A model generated the notes under the pieces. The model made no database searches, was not told the DNA's origin, and saw only the letters and a program-made list of their open reading frames with translations. The position numbers and the translations under genes were made by a program. Source: Klebsormidium nitens (lineage: Eukaryota > Plantae > Klebsormidiophyceae). Taken from it: a stretch of 64,000 nucleotides of DNA. Numbering within the stretch: position 1 is the first letter of the stretch; each line of letters begins with the position of its first letter. Location of the stretch: the NCBI GenBank assembly GCA_000708835.1, contig DF236976.1, positions 124,001 through 188,000 of the forward strand, in the 5' to 3' direction. Below, piece after piece: positions 22,932-36,600 of this stretch.

Positions 22932-25900
22932 TCAACAAAAACTGCCATCTTCATAATCTGCCTTTACGTCTCCATCCTCCTGATTTAGTAAGCACCACTG
23001 TTCATGCTTATGACGCAGCGCGTCCCACAGCGAAGTCACAGCAATCTCCTTAGGAACGTCTTTGAACGACGGGAAATAGTTCACGTCGACAACAATGTGA
23101 TCTCGACTGTCAAGTTGCACCTGCGCCACGGTTTCAGAGGCAATCAGTCAAGGAAATACTGAAACTAATCGTTTCCGAGCTCGTGAATACCGTAGCTGAC
23201 GAGTGACAATGTGCATAAGCCCTTCAGTACGAACGGTTTGTGCGTCATGATCCTGATGCCCATCGAGGTCTAAGATCGTCTCTGCACCACGGCCAGGCGC
23301 CTAAGCATAGAGTGCAAGATGGGGCTATGCGTGCACGCTATCTCCCCAATCGACTGATTTGTATGCTCTGATTGGCTTATCGAAAGACAACGGCATGCTA
23401 ACCCCACAAGCAATGGTCAAAACGTAGACTCGAAGGTCATTGCACCATCTTGCAACTCAAGCCACGCCAGGAACCATGATTCCCTCCAAAATCTCTTGAC
23501 CGGTAGAAAGGGAGATAGCAGCAGATTCAAGACAAAGCTGACATACCCTGCTCCTAGCCTTGTGACCGGTGGGGACGGCAGCGTCCACACTGAAGCTGAA
23601 GACGTGCCGGAGCAGGCCTTCCGAACCAACGCTTTGGCAGAGAGACCGAGAACTAGGGATAGTCAACAATCTTGTTCTTTCTAACGGGCTCATACCCCGA
23701 AAGACAGAGAGACACAAGTGTCCACCTTTGAGCGTCTCACCACAACGTCGAAGCCGAAAAGGCTGAGCCCCAGCTTCTCCCGCAGCCAGCTGGCAATCCC
23801 CTCCAACGCCGCTTCATCCACGCCGTTCGATTGGGTGGGCTCGCACGTGGCACCGTCGGAATCGGCCGTCGGATTCGCCGACCTGGTGAGCGGCGTCCGC
23901 AGGCTGCAAAACAAAGGTAGAGCAGGTTGGACCTTGGAATGCGTGCGAGTTCGAGCGAAGGAAAAGGACTGAAGCATGGTACCAAGAAGCTAAAAATTCT
24001 GAAGTTCCGGAGTGAGCCGCTGTCGCTGGAGCGAGTCAAAATACGGGGTTCTCGCAGCAGAAACACCATATTGACAAGAGGTTATATCAAGATCAAATAT
24101 GGGTGGCTGCCGTTCATCTCCGGTAGGCTCAGCGAAACGCATTTGCAGATTCTTCAGGGCAAGGAACCCTAAGGTCAGCCCTTCCTGGTGCTCGCTGAAC
24201 CACGACATGGATGCTTGGGACGAAAGGATGAAAAACCACGTGCGGATAACCAAGTATGAAAAACACTTCCCCTTCGCCCTCGCTGGGTAGAGATATCCTC
24301 CGTCAGACAAAGTCCGAATGCAAGGAGGCAACTGGGCCCCCACCTGTCGAAGGTCACGACGGCCGCCTCCCGATGCTCGTCAAGGATCTCCCGAGCGTCG
24401 GGCATCGAGACACGTGGCGTGTGGAAGAGCTTCGAGCCGAGGACATACACCTTGTGCTGGAGGCCGCCGTGGTCGACGTACTCCTGCACCGCCCAGGGTT
24501 ACTACTGGGGTTAGACTCGGGTTAGATGCGAGTCCTCAAAGGCGCCGGCGACGGGTTTTCAACAGGCTTTGCTTCACGTCAAACTCGTCGAAGCGGATTC
24601 CGAAGCGGTTTGGAAGGTTTGCGAACAGGATTCGGAGGATCTCGAGGTGATAAGAAAAGGGTTCGAGGAAGTATATTCGCGAGCCACGTGTGTCAACTGA
24701 CCTGAAGTGAGGCCGGGAGAGTCACCCTGGACTCGAGCAGGCCCTCGGGCCTCAAAAGCAGTGCCATCGCGTGCGACTCTGGGGTTCCACAGGCCACCCG
24801 CGGCTTCATAATGCACGGGAACGCCATACCCAGTTCTGCCATGCTCTCGCTCAGCTTCGCCACGTCATGTTCTAGAACCTGCGCGCCAAAGAGGGCTACT
24901 CGTCATCGAAGTGACGCTGATTGTGTAGGACGCATCAATCTGCTCCAAGCAGGTGTCAATTCGCAACAAGCAAGTCAAAATCACATGGCCGCTGGCCTCA
25001 GGGCAATTGTCCCAGGCAAGTTCTTGATTAATTTGAGCAAACAGGAAGGTATTGGAAGACTGTCCGTCTGTTCCCCCTCTTTACCTGAACAGGAATAAAA
25101 AAGGTTCGAACAGGAAACCTTTATCAATTCGAGACGAGATTGCCGGGCAGAGGAAGTTCGTTCCAGGATTCTCCATCGACTCATACTTGGATTAAGAGTA
25201 CGTGCTCGTCCAGCGTAAGGGGACAGCCGAGCATCATCCTGTTGAGATGACTAATTATCAGTCCCTACGAAATTATGCCTAGTCTTTTAACTCGTAACAC
25301 GGCAGCTAGTGATCGCAATCAGTCAGAGTTCGCCACCGGTTTGTATCTCACCAGCGCTTACCCGTATGGCTTTTGGCGCTCGTACGGTTACTGCTAATCC
25401 TGGCAGTGTAATGTTGCTGATGGCGTCGTGGATAGCGAATCTGTCCATCACGACACGAACGTCGTCGAAGGAGTCGACGACAAGCAGCTCTGGATGGGAA
25501 GCGCAGAACCTGCAGATTGTGTGGCGAGATAAGGATCAGGTGTCGGTAGGAAAACGACAAGACTAGGTGCCAGGGAACCTGGTTGCAACCTCGAAAATCG
25601 AGTAGCAACCCGACTGAGACGTGTCCATGTTCAATGACGAGCTTGCTCTTTCAAAACAGAGGTGCTTTCAGCAACGACCTTCTGGATTCAGAATACATGA
25701 AAGAGACTGCTAATCCGATCAAGTGTCCGAAATCCGTCTGGAATCTGTCTCCAGATCGTACAATAAAATCAACAACCCACTGGCTCTTCAGCGGCTTATT
25801 CAATGGTGGATGCTTCGTGAGGAACCTATTCCATGAAGAAAGTCCAAATCTGAAATTGACAGCCAGAATAGTCTCAAATGAAAGGCATATCTGTGGAACA

Positions 25901-27035
25901 ACAAGATGGAGTTGGACCAAGAACATTAGTCAGACATACTGGGCGACAGCTTCACTTCTTGATAAGATAAGTGGGAACCGATTAGATTGACAGGATGACA
26001 CTTCCTCCGCAGTAGTGTACCGCACCTCCCGAAGCGCCTTCATAAGCGGAGGAAACAACCACCAGGTGCATACCTTTCCAACTCAAGATGCCCCGCTGAC
26101 ATTTGGAAGCACCGTTTCGTCCGGTGCGTGCTTGCCACTCCATCGCTCCTCCCACTGACCCCCGGCCCAGACAAATTTCCCGCTTCGTGCGCTGGCCTTT
26201 CACTGCCTCGTTGTGAACAAGACACTTGTTCTGCAATGTTGGCCGTCTCACTCTGCTTCTTATAAGGGGCCCCATCTGTTTCTCGAGGCCCCAAGTCATG
26301 GACTGGCGCCAAATTGTTTGCAGGTGCAGCTTGTGGTTCAGCTTGCTTTTCTTCTTGATCCCAATCTACACTTTGTAGCTCATCCATCATTCTGTGGAGG
26401 ACAAGGTCGACCTCCGCAAGCTGTGGCCCGAGCGGAGCGCTCAGGTCAATCTTCTTGAAGCAGATGCCCTGGATTGGCTGGGCTGGAAGGGCATTTCTCT
26501 GCACAGGCAAAGGAACAGTCGCTCAACAACATGATCTTCTACCACGTCTTGCCCACCCACTCTCTTCTTGTGTGAATTGTATGTAGAAACTCTTTGAAAA
26601 GCAGCAAAAGCAGCCGTTCTTCATAACTCTTCCCTGACTTTTCTAAAGAGTGCTGTATCCTTCTACCTTGCATTGTGAAAGGGGCCAAACGATGTCTGAC
26701 ACAACTGCACCCTGTGGAAACTTGATGCTTGTGCCTCCATTTCTATCCCCACATCCGTACCATTATAATGATACAAGATGCTTCTAGTTGCACTTTCACA
26801 CATACCCACTGCAATCAATGTGGACACCCTACAGCAAGGCACCTCGTGGATTAGTGACGAGGCCAGTCTTCATTTGCAGAAGAGGCTTCTTATTGCTGTT
26901 CCCAGGTTTCCAGACCATCCTGAGCCTCTGTGGAGTCAATGAATCGGTCAGTGACATGCTCACCTTTAGAAACCCCTTCTCTCGCTCAGGTTTCATTGCA
27001 TAGCCCACAACAATGGGCTTCTGATCATCTGCCAT
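22932..27035 (-). CDS. ITPK4: Inositol-tetrakisphosphate 1-kinase, ITPK4-type (ATP-grasp)
   Basis: Spliced segments IVVGYAMKPERE; GICFKKIDLSAPLGPQLAEVDLVLHRMMDE; FCASHPELLVVDSFDDVRVVMDR; FPCIMKPRVACGTPESHAMALL; QEYVDHGGLQHKVYVLG; IASWLREKLGLSLFGFDVVV; DHIVVDVNYFPSFKDVP...LWDALR. These are collinear with Arabidopsis ITPK4 motifs as I recall them (VGYVMKP, KPQVACG, QEYVDH, WLRKKLDLTIFGFDVV, DLNYLPSFKEVP). Confidence 0.9.
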
Positions 27036-27288
27036 CCCGAGACGTCTCCAAAGAAGGCGGACAAGAAGGGCACACGGTGTTTTGTGAACTGACCATGAGA
27101 TTGTCCCCCTCAGGGCCTCAGAGTCACCGCACTGCCCCGCGGGCCAGAATCAGGCTGTCACTGTCAGTGTTGAACTTGAAGGCCGCCGCTGTTCCCTCTG
27201 ATGCTAGAAACTAGAGCGGGACATTTTCACATGCACGCAGCACAACCGAGGCTGAGCCAAAGTTTCTTTCCACACAGGCGTATGCACG

Positions 27289-27299
27289 TTTTAGGGTTT
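27289..27299. promoter_or_regulatory. Telo-box-like motif (TTTTAGGGTTT) in the divergent ITPK/G8 intergenic region
   Basis: The motif is read directly in a 653-bp head-to-head intergenic region. A single short motif is weak evidence. Confidence 0.3.
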
Positions 27300-27688
27300 C
27301 TGTGCGATTTCTAGGGTTCCGTCCTCCAAAGCTCGGACTTGGAAACGCCATGGCTTTTCCAGAGCGGAGCCCTGGGAAGAACAGAAGGGAAGAAGAGTGG
27401 CGGCCTTTTACAAAATCTCTGACATTCTGTTGGCTTTTGCAGCAAGCTAGTTTCTGATTAGCGGTACACAAGCTATCGGTGCCGTGCCCAGCTACGAAGC
27501 TACGTTCTCTCACTGGTAGTTCAACAGCACAGGGTGTTGACATTTCACTGATAAGTGGAGGACCGTCCCATTTCATGCGAAGGGGTGGTGGTTCATGCCC
27601 TCCGGAATCTGGTAAACAAAGCAACCAGGCACGGTAATCTGATGGACAGGAAGAATCACGTCAGCATTTGCCTTTAGGGGGCAGAGAC

Positions 27689-30600
27689 ATGGACCTTTCC
27701 TTGTCGGCCTGGTGGAGAACGACCCTGCTCTGTGCCTGCATACTTGCCACTTTCTTCCAAAATGCATTTGGAGGTCCCACAGACATCTTCCCACCAGCAT
27801 GCCCCTTCACTTATCCTGCAGACACAGGTGCCCCCTACCTCTCTTCTTGATTAGATCCAAGGTCATGTATTTCTATTTCCTGGGAAACCTGCTCAGTACA
27901 TCGGTATAGGCTTGCTCCTGCATAGGCAGTCAGGTTGTTATCTATGATCTTCTCCCTTCAGCAATGAATCAACTCGAGGATCTCAAAGTTCTCCCCACAA
28001 CTATGTCGACAGTCCAGTGTCCCAGGTCTCCCAATTTCAATCTAATTCCGCTATATTGCTATTCCCCTCCTAACTGCCCCCACTTGAGTTCCACTTTTTG
28101 AAGAGCCGAATTCCACTTCTTGTAGAGCCGATGCTTCTTTGACAGTCATTTTTTTGATGGAACACGTTAGCTTGAATTCACTTTGCTACAACAAAGTTTG
28201 TCTGCCCCCACTAAGCAATCAGGTGCCCCCAGTACGCAATCAGATGCTCCCACTATGCAATCAGGTCCAAAACTGCCTCTTCCTCCATGTGACAAAACCA
28301 GTGTGACACCCATGACTGAACTTGGAGAGTGGTGCTTGCCCCGCAGAGTGGGAGTTGTGGAGCAGTCCTCTGACATGGGGCAACACTGGCGTGATTCCTG
28401 GGGTCGGTGCGGGCGTCGGGCAGACAGTGGAGGTGCCTTGCGGCCGTTCCATCCTGCTGGACGTCCCCCGCATCCAGGTCTACTTTCTGAATGTGACGGG
28501 GCATCTCAAGTGAGTGGTGGACAAGCCCGTGTTTCGGCCTGTTTTGTCATACCCTTGTTGAGAGTTTGAGGGTCGCTTGCCTTGAAACAAAGGTTGACTT
28601 TCCTAACACAGGTCGCTTCTTGAGCCTGTACAAGAGAAAGAAGATGCGATGAAATTGTTCAACAATCGTCAAAGCACATCTCGGGTTTTTCATGGAAGAT
28701 CCCTTGCGGGTATCTAGCTGCGCACCACTTTGTATTTACCTCTGCCCCATATTACTCTAGATGACCAGTTCTTTCCATTCTCAGAAGTATATCAAGGTTA
28801 CCAAGTTTTCTAATCCTCAAAAGAATCATCAGCTTGGTTTTCTTTGTCCGGTCCTTCCCTTCCTAAGTACCAAACCGATGTAGTTGACCTTGCAGTTAAC
28901 CAGAGTCTAAACTTAATGCAGGTTTCTAGACAACGCCACTCTGGGCAACATCACGGTGGAGACTAACTACCTCCTGGTTCAGGGGCAGTTAACCATTGGC
29001 CTCCCTGACCAGCCTTACACCCAGTATGCCACCATAACGCTAACCCCTGAAGCCAACAGAACGGACCTGGTCAACAGAAGGGCGTTCGGGGGCTCGTTCC
29101 TGTCGCTCGACCTGGGACACAAAGTTTTTGCAGTGGTGAGGAACTGTGCCCAGCTTCTATGTGAGGCAGCTCGCGATTATGAGATATCGTCCAGATGACG
29201 AACCGTGATCCGATTCCGTGCTCGAGGTGCTCGAAAATCTTTGGCAAGAAGGTCCGAATTGACTAGTCTTTTTGTCAGAGTCCTGCGAGCCCGCTTACAC
29301 CGAAACAGATTATTCACTGGCTCCTTTGTTTGAAGAGGGCATCCTGTGACCGTAGCGCCTCGGCAACCAAAGACCGGGACATTCGCACATCGATTGCTGA
29401 GGCAAGTTTCCTTTATGCAACTTTGTTCCTTTGTTTCCCTTGGGAGTCAAATCCCAGAAGTGCGCTTTGAAATCCTGACGCCCTCTTACCTCAGGTCGGG
29501 GGCCAGCTTCACTTGCACGGAATGCCCGGCGGTTCGGACACCCCTGCCTGGGTCCACGTCACGAAGACAGCATATGCTGGAGACACGACGCTCTCGGTGT
29601 ATGGTGACGTGTCGTCCTGGCCGGTGGGGGGAGACATTGTGGTTGCGTCCACCGATTACGACTTCAACCAAGCGGAGAGGCTCAAGATCACCGGCGTGTC
29701 AAATGGTGAGGCGATCTGGTGCGAAGTTTGGACCCTCTGTTGATTGGGTCTTTTGAGTTCGGGGTTTTGGGTAGAAGACTTGTTGCGAGAATCAGCAAAC
29801 ATGGAACTTTAAGCAACCGGGTCATTCTTTTTTGTGCGAGTGCAAGAGCGTGCCCCTCACTCCATTCTCAACTTGCGAGCATACGCTGGTGCGACCAAAG
29901 ATCATCAAGGGACTAAGTCCCTCTTGATAGAACCTTTCCTATCTACCTCGACGTCAATTCTAGCTTCCTTTATTTCTGGATTTGAAACCGTTAGTGTGCT
30001 TCCGCTTGTGCAGGCTCTGCGGGAGGCTCGGTGATCCGCCTCGGCCGCCCCCTTACTTACATGCACTGGGGCGACCCCCTGGACGCGGGCATCGACGAAC
30101 GCATCATCTACCAGACGGCAGAAGTGGCACTTTTGACGCGCCACATTCTGATTCAGGGTGTGCGGGAAGCAGGCAACTATAGCCTGGAAGGTGAGCCGCA
30201 AGTCTTGCTCACTTCTCAACTTGCTCTTTTCTCGATCCTTTCGAGGCTCTCCCATCCCCTGCCGCTCAGAACTGAGGAAATTGGTACTTGTTTCTCTGTC
30301 CATTTTCCTTGTCTTCCGGTCTATCTTAAAAAAATCAGCGCTGTCACGTCAAGTAAGACTTGATCGGGACAAAAGAGGGCAACGAAAGAATTCCGCTACT
30401 ACCTAGACTGGAAACGTCAAAGGTCTGCAAGAGAACAACCTAAGGGAGCCTGTACCCAGCTTTTACCACATCAGAACGTTGTTTTGCAACGCCTTCCTCC
30501 TTGCTTTTTGATCCCGACAACACAGCCGAGGAACCCTTTCCAAATCGCGATTTCTTACTTTTACTTGTGGCGTTCCTTACAGGCGGCCACTTCATAATCT

Positions 30601-33600
30601 TCCAAACGCAGACGCCCCAGTACATCGAGGGCGTCGAGCTAACTAGCATGGGTCAGCAGGGCACGTTGGGGCGGTATCCCATGCATTTTCATCTGCTGCA
30701 AGACACCGCTTTCAGCTCGTATGCGCGCAAGCTCGCGATTCACGACACCAACCAGCGCTGCATCGTTGTGCACGGGACGCACCGAATGCTGGTGGAGGAT
30801 AACGTGGCGTTCAACACGAGCGGGCACTGCTTCATGGTGGAGGACGGGTGAGGGCGGGACGGGTTTGGGTGTGATTTCATGTTCCGCGGATGTAGGGGTT
30901 TGGCTTTGGACCCCATAAAGCACTGCGCCAAAGCCCATTCGATCGTCCGCTCCGCTGGCCAGCTTGTGATCAAGTGTGACGTATGCAATGGAGATAATCA
31001 GCAGCATATCCGGTCGTCCATTGTCTGAGTCCTGCTGGTCACCGGTTTGGGTTTGTTGCTGGAATCTTGAGTGCCCTGTCTCGAGAAATTCTTCCAACAA
31101 CTGACTTCGCTATGCTGCTGATTCCACTCTGATATACGAATATTGGCGCATTTTTGACCGCGACTTGCTGCTCGAGGACGTCTTTCTCCCCTCATTCTAC
31201 TCTGCCCGATCGTGCTTATATCGTGTCAATCCTTTTTGCAGCATTGAGACGGGCAACAACTTCACCCACAACCTGGGTATCCTCCAGCGGCCAGCTCTAA
31301 GACTGATTCCCCCCGACCTCGGCGAAGACAACAACACGGACAATTCTCCTGCAACCTTTTGGATCACCAACGCAAACAACTCCGTCACGCACAACGTCGG
31401 AGGCGGCGCTGCGGACTCGGGCTTTTGGTGCGTCCGCCAAATATTGGCTTGCCAAGTGGTGCTCTTGCAAGTGGTACATCAAGCAATTCGCACTGCAGAG
31501 GTTGCTTCGGATTCAAGGCTCTTCTGACCGATTTTCACTTACTAGGTGTGGATATCATGTTGCTCTTCGTTCGCAATGCCTCTTTCTTTAAGGAACTTCG
31601 AGGTTGAGGGCCTCACACGGAGTATATCAGTTCTCGATGACCTTCCTTACCCGGGCGCAAACCTAACCCTCTTGTCCTGACACCGTATCACTCCTCTCCA
31701 GGTACGAGCTGCGGCCCGCCGTGCGCGGTGTCAGCAAGTATCTGCCCGGCGGAAACACGACGATCCCCCGGTTCATGCTACTGGGCGAGTTCTTCAACAA
31801 CACGGCACACTCCAACGGGTTCGCCGGACTGCGGACTTACCCCCAGGGTTTTCACCCGGTCGCCGACGACCGCAATTACATTAATAAACGCCAGCTGACG
31901 TCACAGGTCGTCACGTTCCAGCGATTTATCTCGTACAAGAACCGGCTCTTCGGGTGAGCCTCCGGATTGGGGAAGATGCATAGCGGGCCTGCACGGTTTC
32001 CTTTGCTTCCTCTGCCGGGCAAAGACGGCTTTGCCTGCCGAGGTTTACGTTTACTGACTCTTCGGTTGGTAGGACCGTTCGATTCGACTGCTTGAGAATG
32101 GTCTTCCGTTTTCGCAGGGATTCTCACAAGTAGCAGCGCTCTGACTATCTGAAAGTCCTGCAAAGCTCGCCGTGTCGAAGGAAGTTTGTTGAGGAGAACG
32201 GCCACACATTCATTGACGAAAACTTGCTAACGTAAGCTGGGGCGTCAGTTGCTCCGAACGACCGAGCTTTTCAAAACGCGACCGAGCAGTTTGGGTCAGG
32301 AATGCGGGTCATGGCTTAACGAAGCGCCGTTCCCCGCAGGGTGTTCATGCACGAGAGCGACCACGTCCTCATCACGGACAGCATCCTTTCGGACAACGTC
32401 GTCTCCGTCGAGTTCAACGCGGACAACTACTGCGCCGTTTCGGACACGCTGATCGTAGGCCAGACCGCCAACTTCGGGCGTCCGACGGGGTGTGACGTCA
32501 GCAGCCTCACCAACTGCCAGCCGGCCAACTGCTCCCTCCCGATGCGGCAGTCAAGCCCGGCGGACGGCTCCGCGCGCAGCCTGCCGCGGCCGGGCATTGG
32601 GGACCCGATCGTCGGCGTGTCTTTTGGGCAGGTGGGTTCTCAGAATTCACGGGTTTTTCAATTTGTGGATCTCTAGGACTGGCAATCAAGAAGCGAAGGC
32701 TCGCTGAAGCTCTCCTGCCAGCGGAAAGCGCTTACCGCTTTGACTTGGTGACGAGCAACAGCCGCTGGGTCCACGAACAATCTCCGACGTACAAGCTGAA
32801 AATGTCCTTCCTAAGGTTTGCTTCCCGCATCACTTAGTAGCCCGCTAGCGGATTCTCTTTCGGCAGTCGGGAATTCCGTCATACTAGAAACCGAAGCTCG
32901 CTGACACGGAGGTTACATCAAAAGGAGGATCCTTAAGGATAAGTCAGCAATCCGTGCATTAAATCGATTGCTGAAGACTCTGCATCCGGGCTCCCACTGG
33001 CAGCTCTGCTTGCCGGTGAAAGGAAGACTCTTACGCATTTCAAAGTTGAGCCTGCCGATATAGACTCCCAGCGAAGGAGAGGAACTCGCTCAAACAAAGC
33101 TGCACGTGCTTATTGAACTCTTCGCCAATCCGAAGCACTCAAGATCCAATCCTCTGCCCCTGGCCACTAACCCTCGCAAGCGAACTAGCAGCCGCTCTCT
33201 GCGAAAGCGCTCATATGCAGTCCTTGTTGAGGGTGACTTGACGTCCCCTGTTCAATAGGATCTCATTCTGCATAACGAGCTAAAACACTGCCATCGCAGG
33301 CAAGGCTATCTCAACTTAGACCGCATAGTCTGATGGCAGCACGCGTTTTTGCACCAGCTCATTTCCGGGTGATCAGCAACGCCATCCATTCCCCCCCCTC
33401 TTGCAGGACATGTGGTTCCAAAAAGGCCCCAACGCTATCGCCAACGTCACCTTCTCGAACTTCATCCCGCAGTGCGGGCAACAAGCCGCGGCCGTCTCTG
33501 TAGTGGGCGAAGCAGAGAACTTCGCAAATGGTGGAGACAACGTGAGCACAAGCGCCAATGCTTTGTGTCTCTTCTTGCAATCTTGTTTGATTCGTTTTCC

Positions 33601-36600
33601 AAGCCTCTGACCCTTTTGGAGTGAGAGAAAACGTTTCCTTTTTGGATTGACGGGGGTAAGTTTCTTTCTGTTGATCATTGTCGTTCGAAAGAGGAAAGAG
33701 CAGGTTAAGGCGATCCACGCAGGGCTTTTCGTTTCTGGGAAGGCTTGTCGTTCTCGCTTTCTCGTGACGAATAACGTTCTTGTTGTTCCTGCGTTATGTT
33801 CAATTTTGTCTTCTGGAGACAGAGACGCACTCGCAAGTGGCAGTGTCGAGGACCGCTTCTGGTTCTTTGTACCCCTTTCCAGAGCATTCAGACCATGCTG
33901 CGTGACCACTACTTTTCTGAAGCTTGTTGCCGCTTCTTCCTTTGTCGCAAAAACGAAAAGCGGCAAGCAGTGAAGACCAACATCGACGCTGCACTCCGAT
34001 GTTGAGCTCTACTTACCCGCTAAGGAGAGTGAACCCAGTTTCGATTCTGACGCGACATTCTCGTTCCGTTGCAGTTCCAAGGCCTGCGTTTCTCCGCCAA
34101 CACTGTGCCCATCTGGTACAACCCGCGGTGGCAGTCCGTGCCCATGGGCTCGCTCAACTATACATACGAAATGGAGCAGGTGCGCCGTCGAATGACGTCA
34201 CTCTCAGCCCACAAAGCCTGGTAGACACGTCTGGTTGTCTTGTCCTTTGCTGTATCGAATGTCGTTTGTTAGGGTCGTCTGTCACAACTGGAAGTACCGT
34301 AGTTTGTCCTTGCAGTTTGAAAGGTCCTCCTTGCTTAAAACTAGATTCTGGGTTTTAGGGGTTTTGGACTTTCTGGCTTCGGGTTTTTTGTAAAAGGGCG
34401 GCTATCGACCTTTTCGTTTGCCAGAAGCTCACATTGGATTCGAGCCTTGCTCAACTGCCGGCAAAGCAGCTCTTCACGTGATCAAGCAATCTGTCCAGCC
34501 TTTAGCCTCCCTCCTTCCAGCAGCTTTGTCCATTCCTTTTGCCTCATATTGTCTCTCGTTTCTCGAGGAACTGGGGCCCTAATCTAAAACACCTTCCTTC
34601 ACAGGCCTGGGTGTATGCTCTGCGCGACGCGGACGGTTCCATTGTAGGGGGCAACGGCGGCTACGTCATCGCCAACAATCCGTGAGGCTTTGTTCCTTGA
34701 TCGGGCTGCCTAGATTGAGCTTAACGGTTCATTCGTGTCCTCATGTAGACCTACGGAGTAGGAGTGAAATCAAGATTCTATGGAACTGTTAAGTTGCGGT
34801 CGTCTTTGAACCAACGACTGCTGCGCGTTTGTCAAATCTTTGCGGAGGATTGGGTTGTCCATGCCCAAATGTGTTAAGCCATGCCCTTGTCACAGATCAC
34901 AATCCATGGCAAGGTCCAGTGCATGCTGTTCGGACTCTTTCCTTGACTAAGAAACTTTTGCCCAGATGAATGCTTAGATAACGGGAGATGCTCTCACTGG
35001 TTTTTAGTCAGCCTTGGTTGACAACCCAGAGTAATCCAGAATAATCTGCACCAGATTCTAACATCCATACGCATGTTCGTAACTGCTCACCGAAGAGTCG
35101 CCAAGAGTCCCATACGAACCTCGTCGGAAGTCCCTAACTCGTTGCCCATTTCCCCCGTCCCCAGCACAATGCTCCCGCCGAACACCAGCGCAGTCAAATG
35201 CACTTTTAACGAGGAGTGGAACGCGTATGCGTGCCCCGGCGCGTGCTACCGCCACATCCGGCTTAGCTTCCAGGAGCCCGGCTGGACCAACTATACCAGC
35301 AATCACGACGCAGGGGGGACGCAGCTAGAGATCACGCGAGTCGAGGTGAGGGGGGGGTGCGTATGGAACGGGAAGGCGGCAAGGATTCGAGAGTAATATA
35401 CGGGTGTCTGCTGTATCTTCGGCCTTACCGACCTAGTCTTTCCCAATTGCTTTTTCTTTCCCAGTCGGACGCGTTTCCTCCCTACCTGTTCATACCGTTC
35501 CATTCAAGGTTGCTAGAGGTTCTCGAAAGTTCTTGCTTCTTGTATCGCTTATCTCAATTAAGCCGATGATGGTTTGTCCGTCACTCGGTCTACACTCCTT
35601 TCGACTTGATTGTCCGTTGTCATGAAGCACGTAAGGACAGCCTTCATTATTATCGAAGTTCAAAGCACGCTGCGGTAGGAGTCGCCATACCTAGTTGATC
35701 CCTTTTCGTATCAACCAATCTCAAAACTTTTGTCTCTGCTCCTCAGGACGGTAGCCGGATGGTGTTCGACGGCAACCGGCTGGGCCTCTCGTTCAACAAC
35801 CAGACGTTCATCGGCAAAGTCACGGGGACTTGGGACCGCTACTTCTATGCCAACCTCTACGCGGGGCCTGAGGCGACCTACCGCTTAAGGCTGGTAAGCA
35901 CTCCTGCTCCTGCTATTACTTGCTGAGCCCCTTACTCATTCTCGGGCAAGTAACCATCTGGTCGTGTTTTGGTGTTGTTTTCACGTTGGCCCCTGTTCGT
36001 GCGTTTGCACAGAAGTCATTGAGGCCTGGTACCGAGATCAGGATCTGGCATCAGAGCCCTTCACCTGGTCACTTGGACATATCTCCTAGCCAGACTGGTT
36101 ATTAGCTCGTCCTTGATTGCGGCTTATTCTTTTCTATCTCACAACTTGCTTGCCTGAATCGTCTGGTGCAACGACTTCCCGTCTGGCCGTGCCTGCAGAC
36201 CGAACTCAAAAGCTAACCATGCTAAAGGAACACACTCCCTCCTGCATCGGTCTCAACCCACCTTGCTTGACCACGCAGATCGGCGGCCAGGGCGGCACCT
36301 TCCCGGCCACTGCTGAGCTCAGCCTGAACGATGACGTCAGCTGTGGGCAGAGCCTGCGGCTTCAGATAGTGTCGACCGAGCCCGCCGCCCAGTGGCAGGC
36401 CGTCGAGGAGACCGCGTCATCCGGGTTTCCCTTCGCTAGGTAAGTGACGTCAGCCATCGTGTCTTCTCACAATCGCACTTCGCTTCGCCCCTTTTTTTAC
36501 CGCTCGCTATGCGGCTTGACATTTTGCACCGTAGACACGCTTCTAGGAAACTTTTCAAGATTGTGTATGAGTTAGCGATCCTGGCGGGTTGCTCCGTCTT

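Noticed and set aside
23200-23300. Possible intronic box C/D snoRNA in an ITPK intron
   Set aside because: No proper RUGAUGA box C or terminal stem on the host strand.
33373-33966. 197-aa minus-strand ORF inside the G8 gene
   Set aside because: Antisense to an exon and intron, no recognisable domain, and composition mirrors T-rich intron sequence.
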